From positions 392,142-456,141 of the forward strand of contig CAWJNJ010000006.1 of NCBI GenBank assembly GCA_963844245.1: DNA of 64,000 nt, written 5' to 3'. The DNA comes from an uncultured Acidobacteriota bacterium. GTDB taxonomy: Bacteria; Acidobacteriota; Vicinamibacteria; Vicinamibacterales; 2-12-FULL-66-21. Numbering within the stretch: position 1 is the stretch's first letter; each line of letters starts with the position of its first letter. The translations under genes were made by a program, and so were the position numbers. Under the pieces are notes generated by a model. It was not told where the DNA came from, did not search any database, and saw only the letters and a program-made list of their open reading frames with translations. Below, in pieces: positions 40,632 through 50,516 of this stretch.

Positions 40632-40707
40632 GTGCGACATGCGAGGTGCGACGTGCTGACGTGCGGTGCCACGGGCTACGTTCGACGTCCGTGCGGACGG
40701 GTGCGCG
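40632..40707. repeat. Array of GTGCG-type words in the carboxyltransferase-biotin carboxylase spacer
   Basis: GTGCGAC at 40632 and 40646, GTGCTGAC at 40653, GTGCGGT at 40661, GTGCGGAC at 40691 and GTGCGCG at 40701. A TACAAT -10-like hexamer follows at 40724-40729. Confidence 0.7.
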
Positions 40708-40745
40708 AAGCTTATCTCCTGCTACAATTTACGGTCACCATCGAT

Positions 40746-42260
40746 ATGAAAATCCTCGTCGCCAACAGGGGAGAGATCGCCGTCCGGATCATCCGCGCGT
40801 GCCGCGAGATGGGCATCCCGTCGGTGGCCGTCTATTCCGACTGCGATCGCGACGCGCGCCATGTCCGAGAGGCCGATCAGGCCGTCCACATCGGTCCCAG
40901 CCCGGCGGCACAGAGTTATCTCCGTATCGACGGCATCATCGAGGCCGCGAAGCGCACCGGTGCGGACGCCGTCCACCCCGGATATGGCTTCCTGGCCGAG
41001 AACGCCGCATTCGCCAGGGCGTGCCGCGATGCCGGGCTGACCTTTATCGGACCGACGCCCGAAGCGATCACTCTGATGGGCAGCAAGACCGCGGCCCGCG
41101 AGATGGCGATCAAGGCAGGCGTGCCGGTCGTGCCCGGAACTGACAAGCCCTTCGATGCTGCAGCGCCGGACGAAGAGATTGTCGCGGCCGGCGCCAGCGT
41201 GGGTTATCCGCTCGTCGTAAAAGCGGTGGCGGGCGGCGGTGGCAAGGGGATGCGCACGGTCGACGGGCCGGGGGATTTGCTGGGCGCCATCGCGACGGCT
41301 CGTTCGGAAGCCGGTTCGGCCTTCGGTGATAGCGCCGTCTACCTCGAGCGGCGGATCGTGAAACCGCGGCACATCGAAATCCAGCTTCTCGGCGATCAGC
41401 ACGGGACGGTAATCCCGTTTGTCGAACGCGAGTGTTCCATCCAGCGGCGTCACCAGAAGGTCGTCGAAGAGTCGCCGTCCATGGCCGTCACACCGGAGCT
41501 CCGGAAGAAGATCGCATCGGCGGCGGCAGCAGTGGCGCGCACGGTCGGGTATTCGAACGCCGGGACGATCGAGTTTCTGCTCGACGAGGACGGCTCGTTC
41601 TACTTCCTCGAGATGAACACCCGGCTCCAGGTCGAGCACCCGGTGACGGAGATGGTCACCAGCGTTGATCTCGTTCACTGGCAGATCCGCATTGCCCGCG
41701 GCGAGAAGCTCGACATCGATCCGGAGCGCGCCTTGACGCCGCACGGTCACGCGATCGAGTGCCGCATCTACGCCGAAGACCCGGACCTGAGCTTCATGCC
41801 GTCTCCGGGGTTGATCCGTGGCCTGCGACCCGCCTCCGGTCCTGGGATTCGCGACGATGGTGGCGTCGGTGTCGGGTATACGGTGCCGGTGTTCTACGAC
41901 TCGATGATTGCGAAGCTCGTGGCGTGGGGCAGTACGCGTGCGGAGTCGATCTCGCGCATGGGACGAGCGCTGCGCGAATACCAGGTGCTTGGGATCAAAA
42001 CGACCATCCCGTTCTTCCTCTGGTTGATGCGCCAGCCTGAGTACAACGCCGGCGAATACGACACGACATATCTGGACCGGCTGCTGAAGTCGCGCACCGA
42101 GAGCTTCAGTGAGCCGCAGCCTGCGGACGAAGACCTGGCCGCCATCGCGGCCGGCCTCGATGCCTGGTTCCGCGCCAACGTCGCCGCCGGTGAGCAGGGT
42201 TCCGGTAATCGCGGCAGCATGTGGAAGCAGTCGGCCCGGCGCGAGGCCCTGCGCGGATGA
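40746..42260 (+). CDS. accC: Biotin carboxylase subunit
   Basis: MKILVANRGEIAVRIIRA, ATP-grasp GGGGKGMR and EMNTRLQVEHPVTE. Start at ATG 40746 (track ORF opens at 40632). Confidence 0.95.
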   Translation: MKILVANRGEIAVRIIRACREMGIPSVAVYSDCDRDARHVREADQAVHIGPSPAAQSYLRIDGIIEAAKRTGADAVHPGYGFLAENAAFARACRDAGLTFIGPTPEAITLMGSKTAAREMAIKAGVPVVPGTDKPFDAAAPDEEIVAAGASVGYPLVVKAVAGGGGKGMRTVDGPGDLLGAIATARSEAGSAFGDSAVYLERRIVKPRHIEIQLLGDQHGTVIPFVERECSIQRRHQKVVEESPSMAVTPELRKKIASAAAAVARTVGYSNAGTIEFLLDEDGSFYFLEMNTRLQVEHPVTEMVTSVDLVHWQIRIARGEKLDIDPERALTPHGHAIECRIYAEDPDLSFMPSPGLIRGLRPASGPGIRDDGGVGVGYTVPVFYDSMIAKLVAWGSTRAESISRMGRALREYQVLGIKTTIPFFLWLMRQPEYNAGEYDTTYLDRLLKSRTESFSEPQPADEDLAAIAAGLDAWFRANVAAGEQGSGNRGSMWKQSARREALRG

Positions 42261-42772
42261 CCTTCGAGATCGATATCAACGGGCGGACGCGCACGGTCGC
42301 GATCGAGAAAACGTCGGAGCGGCACTACCGGGTGGTGCTCGACGGCGAGGTTCACACGGTCGACGCAGCGAGGGTCGGCGTCTACGGCTTATCGCTGCTG
42401 ATCGATGGTGAGGACGGCACCAGCCACGACGTACAGGTCACGCCTGGCGCGGCCGGCAGTGAGCTCCTGATCACCCACGGCGGCCGGACCCTGACCGCAA
42501 CCGTGAACGGCCGGCGGACCGGCCGCGCCGGCGCGGACACCGGAGCCGGCGCTCATGGTGAGCAGTCCGTGCTCGCCCCCATGCCTGGGCGCGTGGTCCG
42601 CGTTCTCGTCGCCGTCGGCGATGAAGTCGCCGTCCGTCAACCCGTTGTCGTCGTCGAAGCTATGAAGATGGAGAACGAGCTGCGTTCGCCCAAGGCCGGC
42701 CGGGTGAAGGAACTGAACGTCGCGCCAGGCACCTCGGTGGATGCCGGGCGTGTGCTGCTCATCATCGAGTGA
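42257..42772 (+). CDS. Biotin carboxyl carrier (biotinyl/lipoyl-domain) protein
   Basis: C-terminal VVVEAMKMENELRSP biotinylation motif. ATG 42257 overlaps the accC stop (ATGA). Confidence 0.85.
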   Translation: MTFEIDINGRTRTVAIEKTSERHYRVVLDGEVHTVDAARVGVYGLSLLIDGEDGTSHDVQVTPGAAGSELLITHGGRTLTATVNGRRTGRAGADTGAGAHGEQSVLAPMPGRVVRVLVAVGDEVAVRQPVVVVEAMKMENELRSPKAGRVKELNVAPGTSVDAGRVLLIIE

Positions 42773-42789
42773 CGCTGGCTCCTTGAGGC

Positions 42790-45700
42790 ATGACGCTGAA
42801 CGACGACGAGCAGCCGGCGCCCGAAGGTGAGGAGACACCAACCCCGCCCGAACCGCAGCCCGCGCCGCGGCGGCGTCGTCGTGTCGGCAGATTCTTCCTC
42901 CACGGTCTTGCCCTCATCACCGCCATCGTCGCGGGCCTGATCGTCACGCTGTTTTCGGTCGATATGGGCCCGTACGTCAAAGAGGAGGCCGAGAAGCGCG
43001 CCACCGCCTACCTGGATCGGCGGATGACGATCGGCCGGATTTCGGCGAAGCTGACGCCCGGCGACTTCGAGCTGCACGACGTCGTCATCCAGGGCCTCCG
43101 TCCTGAGGATCGTCCCTTCCTGAAAGCCAAGACGCTCACGGTGTCGCTGCCCTGGTGGACGATCGCGAACAAGGAACTGATCATCGAAGCCATCGACATG
43201 ACCGACTGGGAGATGGTGATCGAGAGCTTCCCGGGCGGCCGGCATAGCTTTCCACGTGTGAAGGGTCCGCCGCGGGACCCGAAGAAGCCGCAGACGAAGC
43301 GCTGGTTCACGACCACCCTTCGCCAGCTCCTGGCCTCGCGCGGGCATGTGACGTACGTGGATCACGGGACGCCGTGGTCCATCGATGCGCCGAACATGCG
43401 GGTGCAGCTGTTCCGCCGGCCGACGCGCAACGACTACGGCGGCACCGCGTCGTTTGACGGCGCCACGATCAGGATCCAGACCTACGAGCCGTTCAATGCC
43501 CGGATGCAGTCGCGCTTCAGCATGAAGCCGCCGAATCTGCATTTCGATCACATCAATCTGTTGACCGACGGCGCGGTCTCGATCCTCGACGGCGACTTGC
43601 AGATGGACAAGTGGCCCGAGCAGATTTACAGGATCAAGTCGAAGATCGACATCGCGACCCAGAAGCGCATCTTCTTCAACAAGGACAAGTTCACCGCGAC
43701 CGGGGACGCCGACTTCGAAGGGACCTTTCATTACTTCAGCGGTGGCCGCGAGTTGAAGGGTCGCTGGCAATCGCCCGTGGCCCACGTCAAGATCGGCAAC
43801 AACAACTGGCGATTTCCAGACCTTCGGGGCGACGTGCTGTGGCTCACGGATCGGCTCGAGGTCACCAACGCCAAGAGTCGGCTGTACGGCGGCACGGCTG
43901 ACTTCGACTACCGCATTCTGTCGATGGATCGAAAGTCCGGCCCGAAGCGAGCGGTGTGGGACGTCAAGTACCGGGACGTGGATCTCGCCCAGCTCACCGA
44001 CTTCATGAACACCGAGGGCATCCGGCTCGCCGGCCGCGCGACCGGCAACAACCGGCTCGAATGGCCGATGGGTGGCTGGGCGCAGCTGCGCGGCCGGGGG
44101 GAAGTCACCCTGCAGCCGCCCGGGGGCGTTCGGCCGATGGGGCGAGGGCTCGATCCGGCGCAGGTGGCGGTGCTGTCAGCCATCGAACCTGAGGCCGGCC
44201 CGTTCAATCCACGCGCACCGCTCGGTTATGTGCCGATCGCCGGCCACGTCGCCTACACGCTCGATCCCGAATGGATCACCCTCAGCGACAGCTGGATCGC
44301 CACCGAGAAGACGCACGTCAGCTTCACGGGCCGCACCGCTTACTATCAGCGCTCGCGCATCCCGTTCCATGTCAGCAGCCTCGACTGGCAGGAAGCGGAC
44401 CGCGTGTTCGCCGGCGTGCTCACGGCGTTCGGCTCGTCCACCACCGCGGTGCCAGTCGGAGGATTCGGGGAGTTCGAGGGTGTCCTGAACGGAGCGTTCA
44501 AGGATCCTCGCATCGAGGGCAACTTCAAGGGCGACCGGATGAGCGCCTTTGGCGTCGTCTGGGGCCGCGGCGATGCCGACGTCGTGATCGAAGACAGCTA
44601 CGCCAACGTCAGCCGAAGCTCGCTCGTGAGCGGCGCTTCGGAGATCAACGCCACCGGACGCTTCTCGCTGGGGTATCCGCGCCGCGATGGCGGGGAACAG
44701 ATCAACGCGAAGGTCGTGCTCAAGCGACGGCCGATGGTGGACCTCCGGACCGCCTTCGAGCTATACGACTGGCCCGTAGAGGGACTGGTGTCGGGCGAGT
44801 ACACGCTGACGGGCAACTACGAAACGCCGTTCGGGAGCGGCACGCTGCTCGTGGAGGAGGGTGTCGCGTACGGCGAGACCTTCGAGCGAGGCACAGCCCA
44901 GCTGAACTTCGAAGGGACCGGTGTGCGGGCCCAGAAATTTGAGGTCAAGAAGAGCACCGGCAGCATCACGGGCGCGGCGTGGATCGGTTGGGATGGCAAC
45001 TACTCGTTCACGGCGGATGGTGAGCGCATCCCGGTGGAATCGTTGAAGACGGCGGAGTATCCGACAGCGCCGCCCTCAGGCCTTCTTCGCTTCAAAGCCG
45101 CGGGCACCGGAACGTTCGAGGTGCCCCACTACGACGTCAACGTCGGCATCGTCGACCTGTTTGCAGGCGACGAAGGTATCGGCCAGTTGACCGGGCATCT
45201 CGCCATGCGCGGCGAGCTGCTGACCCTGGACTTCGAGGCGGCATCGGCGCGCCTCGCCCTATCAGGGGCCGGGCGGGTCGCAATGACCGACGAGATGGAC
45301 GCCGAGTTGACGTTGCGATTCAGCCAGACTTCCCTCGATCCCTACGTCCGCTTTTTCGAGCCCAGGCTCTCGCCGTTCACCAGTGCGGTCGTGGGCGGGA
45401 CCGTCCATATCACCGGCGAGCTGAGCAACGTCGACCAGCTTGTCGTCGAAGCCCGGGTCGAAGACCTGGACCTGACGCTGTTCGACTACAAGTTGAAGAA
45501 CGATGGCGTCATCGAAGTTGACCTGAATCGTCACGTCGCCGAAATTGGCCAGCTGAAGCTTCGCGGCGACGGCACACAGCTCGGCGTCACGGGGAGCGTC
45601 AGCCTCCACGACAAGACCATCGACGTCAATGCCACCGGCGATGCAAACCTCGGGATCCTCCAGGGATTCTTCAGAAATCTCCGGAGCTCCGGTGTCGCGA

Positions 45701-46951
45701 CTCTGACGGCCGGCGTGACCGGATCGCTCGACTTGCCGGTCTTTTCCGGGAAGGCAACGATCAGCGACGGCCGCATCCGATACTTTCCGATGCCGCGATC
45801 GCTCGACGACATCAACGGCACGGTGTCCTTCGATGCCGAAGGCGTTCGCGTCGACAATGTCGCGGCGACACTTGGTGGTGGCGCGGTTGTCTTCGGTGGC
45901 CGGATTGCGATGAGCGGGTTCGTGCCCGACGAGTTGAGTCTCACCGCGACCGGAGAGAGGATGCGGTTCAACTACCCGGAAGGCTTCCGCTCGGAGATCG
46001 ACGCGGATCTGACGCTGCGCGGCAGCATCCGTTCGCCGCTGCTGGGCGGCACGATCACGGTGCGCGACGCGCTCTACGGCCGTCGCTTCGAGACCAATCC
46101 CAATCTGTTCAGTTTTGGCGGCACGACTCTTCCACTCGGGGCACCGCTCACGGCGTCGGCGGTGCCGCTGCGGTTCGACGTTGCGCATCGACGCTCCCGC
46201 AGGCACCCTCCGCGTCGAAAACAATATCGCGAGTGTCGCGGCGCGGGCGGACTTGAGGCTCCAAGGCACTTACGACCGGCCGATCCTCTCCGGGCGAGCC
46301 GATATCGATCGCGCCAGCATTGCCTTTGAGGGGAACCGTTTCGTGACCAACCGGGGCACGATCGATTTTCTGAATCCCAATGTCATCGAGCCATACTTCG
46401 ATATCGAGGCCGAAACGCGCGCTCGAGTCTCTGACCAGACCTATCGCGTCACGATCTCTCTGCTCGGGACGATGCGCAGCCTGATTCCGACGATCACCTC
46501 CGATCCGCCTCTGGCGATGAGCGACATCATCAGCGTGCTGCTCGGCCAGGATCCGGACCTTGATAACGCGGAACTGCGGTCCTATAACGCGTCGGCAGCG
46601 TCGAAGAGCGAACAGGACCTGATCCGCGGGCTGGGATCACGGCTTCTCTCGAGCCCCTTCTCGGCTCCGGTCGGCAAGATCGCCGAGGAGGTGCTCGGCA
46701 GCGGGGCAACGGTTCTCATTCGCCCGAACATCGGCACCGACGCGGACCCTTTTGAGACGTCGGCTTACCTCGTGATCGGCAAACGTATTTCCAGCCGTGC
46801 CTACCTGACGTTCTCGCAGACGCTGGGCAACAGCACCCGCGAGCGGATCATCGTGCTCGAGTACGACCAGAGCGATCGCATCGGCTGGATCATCACGCAG
46901 AATGGCGACCGCTCATTCGCTGTCGACTTTCGGGTGCGGCGCGTTTTCTGA
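42790..46951 (+). pseudogene. tamB: TamB-like translocation and assembly module protein (AsmA/DUF490 family), frame broken by one extra base
   Basis: N-terminal anchor (RFFLHGLALITAIVAGLIVTLF), a long beta-rich body and a DUF490-like C-terminus (..RLQGTYDRPILSGRADI..YLVIGKRISSRAYLTFSQ..). The 42790 frame runs to 46329 and the continuation is in the 46115 frame. The junction at about 46171-46181 restores ..VPLRFD-LRIDAPAGTLRVENN... Confidence 0.8.
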
Positions 46952-49878
46952 TGCGGTTACTGCTCCTTCTCTTCTGCTGCTGCGCCATCGGGACGGCTGA
47001 CGCCACTGCCCAGCAGGCGCCCGCGCCGAGTCTCTCCGCCGGCCAGCCCTCCGCGGCGGCGGCCTATGTCGGCAAGCCAGTGTCGGCGGTGATCCTGATG
47101 GTGGAAGGGAAGCCTCTGACCGACGAGATGCTGCTCGGGCTGATCGAGTCGCGCGTCGGTACGCCGTTTTCCATGGCCTCGGTCCGCGAGACGATCGCGC
47201 ACCTCTATAGCCTCGGCCGCTTCCAGGAAGTCTCCGTCGACGCCGCAGCAGATGGAGAGGGCGTTCGCCTGACCTATCAGCTCGTGCCGGTCCACAGCGT
47301 GCAGCGGATCGAGTTCACCGGCAACCTTGGACTCTCGAAAGGCGACCTGCACAAGGTGGTTGTGGATCGCTTCAGTGCGACCCCGTCGGCGGCCCGCGCC
47401 GCCAATGTCGCCGAGATGTTGCAGGGCTTCTATTTCGATCGCGGATACCTCGCCGCGGCCATCCGTCCGATCGTGGACGTCAGGCATGATCCCGATGCCA
47501 CGATCCTGACGTTCGCGATCGAATCGGGCCCACGCGTGCGCGCCCGCACGGTGCTCGTCGAAGGCGATCCGCTGCTGCCGCGAGAGAAGTTCCTCGACCG
47601 GATTCATGCGTCGCCCGGGCAGATCTACCAGCGCATCGACGTCCAGGAGCAGCTGTCGGAATACCTCACCGTCCTGCACCGGCAGGGCCGCTACGAGGCG
47701 CAGGGCGCTCATCGGATCCTGGCGCAGTCTGACGATGGGCAGAGCGTGGACTTGCTGGTGACGATCGATCCGGGTCCCGCGATCTCGATACGGTTCGAAG
47801 GGGATCCGCTCCCGAAAGCGCGTCTCGACGAGCTGGTGCCGATCCGCCAGGAGGGTGCGGCAGACGCCGACATCATCGAAGACTCGGAGCGGCGCATCGC
47901 TGCCTACCTGCAACAGCAGGGTTACTGGAAAGCGCTGGTGACGTCGTCCAGGCGCGACGTGAACGGTGCGGTCGAGATCGTGTTCACGATCCGGCAGGGC
48001 CTTCAGTACCGGATCGAGGGTGGCGCCGCGGTGAGCGGCAACGCCTCTGTTTCGGCCCTGGAACTCCGTCCGGCGCTCCAGAACCTGGATGACGGCGAGA
48101 TCTTCACGGTGGCAAATCTCGAGGCGTCGCTGTCGGCCATTCGCGGGCTCTACCTGCGCCGCGGCTTTGCGCAGGTGAAGGTCGAGTCGGCGGCGAGCGA
48201 GGCTAATCCCACGCCTGCCGGTGAGGGCCGTGTGAAGCCGGTGATCGCAATTACCGAGGGCCCCCTGATTACGATCGGGACGGTTACCTTCTCCGGGAAT
48301 GCGGACCTTTCATCCGACGTACTCACCGCCCGTCTCGGCTTACGTCCCGGGACGCCCTACTACGAGCCCCAGGTCATCCAGGATCGCGAGATGGTCCTGT
48401 CCGAGTATCTGAACCAGGGATTTGCCGCCGCGACGGTCGATGTCGTCCCCACGGTCATAGATGGATCCGTGGTGAACATCGACTTCAAGGTCACCGAAGG
48501 GCCACAGAGTATCGTCGATCACGTGCTCATCGTCGGCAACATCAAGACCGACGTCAGGGTGATCGAGCGCGAGATCCAGCTGCAGGAAGGACAGCCGCTC
48601 GGCCTCGAGGCGATGTTCGAGACGCGCCGGCGGCTGGCACAGCTCGGTCTCTTCCGGCGGGTTCGGATCGAAGAAATCCCCCACGGTGAATCGAATCGGC
48701 GCGACGTCCTGATCACGGTGGAGGAGGGACCGGCGACCACGATTGGCTATGGTGGCGGTCTCGAACTGACTGAGGTCCTCGCTCGGGGCGACGCGGGCGA
48801 AGCCGTCAGCAGGTTCGAGCTGGCACCACGTGGTTTCTTCGAGATTGGACGCCGGAACATCAGGGGCAAGAACCGTTCAGTCAACCTCTACACGCGCCTC
48901 AGTCTGCGCTCCGACTTCGACGAGGCAGAGGGCGGGCAGTTTGGCTTTGCCGAGTATCGCGTCCTCGGTACGTTCCGGGAACCGCTCACCTTCGGATGGA
49001 ATGCCGACGTGACGATTACGGCCGCGATCGAACAGGGCGTTCGCTCCACGTTCAACTTCGCGAGGAAGGGCATCAATGGCGAGATTCTGCGCCGCCTGTC
49101 ACCGGGGGTGCGTGTCAGCGCACGCTACACCTTCTCGAACACCAGGATTTTTGACCAGAGGCTGACCGACGAGAGCGACCAGGCCACGATCGATCGCGTG
49201 TTCCCGCAGGTAAGCCTGTCGGTCGTGTCGAGCGCGATCGCCAGGGATACGCGTGACGACGTGCTCGAACCAACTCGGGGCACCTTCATGAGCGCGGAGG
49301 GCAGCCTGGCGTCGCGTTTCCTCGGCGGCCAGGTGGGCTTCACCAAGTCCTATGTGCAGGCACAAGGGTACCGGAGCCTGTCCAAGTCCGGCCGGCTGAT
49401 CCTGGCGGGTCGCATCGCGCTCGGTCTCGCGGACGGCTTTCCCAGGGAAATCGAGACCACCGACCTGGCTGGAAATCCAATAACGCAGACGATCGAGGAC
49501 CTTCCCGCCAGCGAGCGGTTTTTCGCCGGGGGCGACACGAGCGTCCGCGGCTTCGCGCTCGACAGCCTCGGCACGGCCGAGACGCTCACCCCCAACGGGT
49601 TCCCACGTGGTGGCAACGGCCTGGTGCTGCTCAATGCCGAGCTGCGCGTGCCGGTCTGGCGCAACGTCGGTGCGGCTGTGTTCGTCGATGCTGGTAACGT
49701 GTTCGAACGGGCGACGCATATCGATATCTCCGAGTTGCGGACCACCGCCGGCTTTGGCATCAGGTATCGTTCGCCGATCGGGCCGCTGCGGTTCGACGTC
49801 GGGTTCAAGCTCGATCACCGTCCGTACGGCGACACCGACCGGCAGGCATTTCACTTCAGTTTCGGTCACGCCTTCTAG
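46951..49878 (+). CDS. bamA: Outer membrane protein assembly factor, BamA/Omp85 family
   Basis: 975-aa ORF with signal peptide, POTRA-like repeats and a C-terminal Omp85 barrel ending ..RQAFHFSFGHAF. The ATG overlaps the tamB stop by 1 nt. Confidence 0.88.
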   Translation: MRLLLLLFCCCAIGTADATAQQAPAPSLSAGQPSAAAAYVGKPVSAVILMVEGKPLTDEMLLGLIESRVGTPFSMASVRETIAHLYSLGRFQEVSVDAAADGEGVRLTYQLVPVHSVQRIEFTGNLGLSKGDLHKVVVDRFSATPSAARAANVAEMLQGFYFDRGYLAAAIRPIVDVRHDPDATILTFAIESGPRVRARTVLVEGDPLLPREKFLDRIHASPGQIYQRIDVQEQLSEYLTVLHRQGRYEAQGAHRILAQSDDGQSVDLLVTIDPGPAISIRFEGDPLPKARLDELVPIRQEGAADADIIEDSERRIAAYLQQQGYWKALVTSSRRDVNGAVEIVFTIRQGLQYRIEGGAAVSGNASVSALELRPALQNLDDGEIFTVANLEASLSAIRGLYLRRGFAQVKVESAASEANPTPAGEGRVKPVIAITEGPLITIGTVTFSGNADLSSDVLTARLGLRPGTPYYEPQVIQDREMVLSEYLNQGFAAATVDVVPTVIDGSVVNIDFKVTEGPQSIVDHVLIVGNIKTDVRVIEREIQLQEGQPLGLEAMFETRRRLAQLGLFRRVRIEEIPHGESNRRDVLITVEEGPATTIGYGGGLELTEVLARGDAGEAVSRFELAPRGFFEIGRRNIRGKNRSVNLYTRLSLRSDFDEAEGGQFGFAEYRVLGTFREPLTFGWNADVTITAAIEQGVRSTFNFARKGINGEILRRLSPGVRVSARYTFSNTRIFDQRLTDESDQATIDRVFPQVSLSVVSSAIARDTRDDVLEPTRGTFMSAEGSLASRFLGGQVGFTKSYVQAQGYRSLSKSGRLILAGRIALGLADGFPREIETTDLAGNPITQTIEDLPASERFFAGGDTSVRGFALDSLGTAETLTPNGFPRGGNGLVLLNAELRVPVWRNVGAAVFVDAGNVFERATHIDISELRTTAGFGIRYRSPIGPLRFDVGFKLDHRPYGDTDRQAFHFSFGHAF

Positions 49879-49889
49879 TGAGGAGGAAG

Positions 49890-50516
49890 ATGATGCGAAT
49901 GTTCGTTACCCTGCTGATCGCGATCGCGCTTGCCCCTGCCGTGCGCGCCGACGTGATCGACCGCATTCTTGCGACCGTTGGCGGAGCGCTGATCCTGCAG
50001 TCCGACGCGGTGGCGGCGGCGAGGTTCGGCTTCGTGGAGTTACCGCCACAGGGTGATCGTCTTCAATTCACGCTGGATCGGCTGATCGAGCGGCGGCTGA
50101 TGCTCATCGAGGTGGATCGCTATGCGCCGCCCGAGCCGCCCCGCTCGCTGCTCGACGAACGGATGCAGCAGATCGACCAGCGAATCGGATCCGGCGAGCG
50201 GCTCGACGCGCTGCTCAGGGAGACAGGATTCACCGTCGAACAGCTCCGCGTCTACGTGCGCGACGATCTGCGCATCGAGAGCTATGTGCAGCAGCGTTTC
50301 GGCACGGCCTATCGTCCGTCCGAAGAGGAGATCTTCGCCCACTACCGGTCGCACGAGTCCGAGTTCATGCGGGACGGCAAGGTGCGCCCGTTCGAGGAAG
50401 TGCGCGAGTTCGCGCGAACGTCGCTGCTGGCCGAGCGTCAGGCCGCGGCGGTGCGTGAATGGATGGCTGGCCTTCGCCGCCGCACCGAAGTGAACGTCCT
50501 CTACCTCGGGCGCTAG
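49890..50516 (+). CDS. SurA N-terminal-domain periplasmic chaperone-like protein (no PPIase domain)
   Basis: Signal peptide MMRMFVTLLIAIALAPAVRA, then VIDRILATVGGALILQSD..LDRLIERRLMLIE, which is typical of the SurA N-domain. AGGAGG at 49881-49886. Start at 49890 or 49893. Confidence 0.6.
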   Translation: MMRMFVTLLIAIALAPAVRADVIDRILATVGGALILQSDAVAAARFGFVELPPQGDRLQFTLDRLIERRLMLIEVDRYAPPEPPRSLLDERMQQIDQRIGSGERLDALLRETGFTVEQLRVYVRDDLRIESYVQQRFGTAYRPSEEEIFAHYRSHESEFMRDGKVRPFEEVREFARTSLLAERQAAAVREWMAGLRRRTEVNVLYLGR

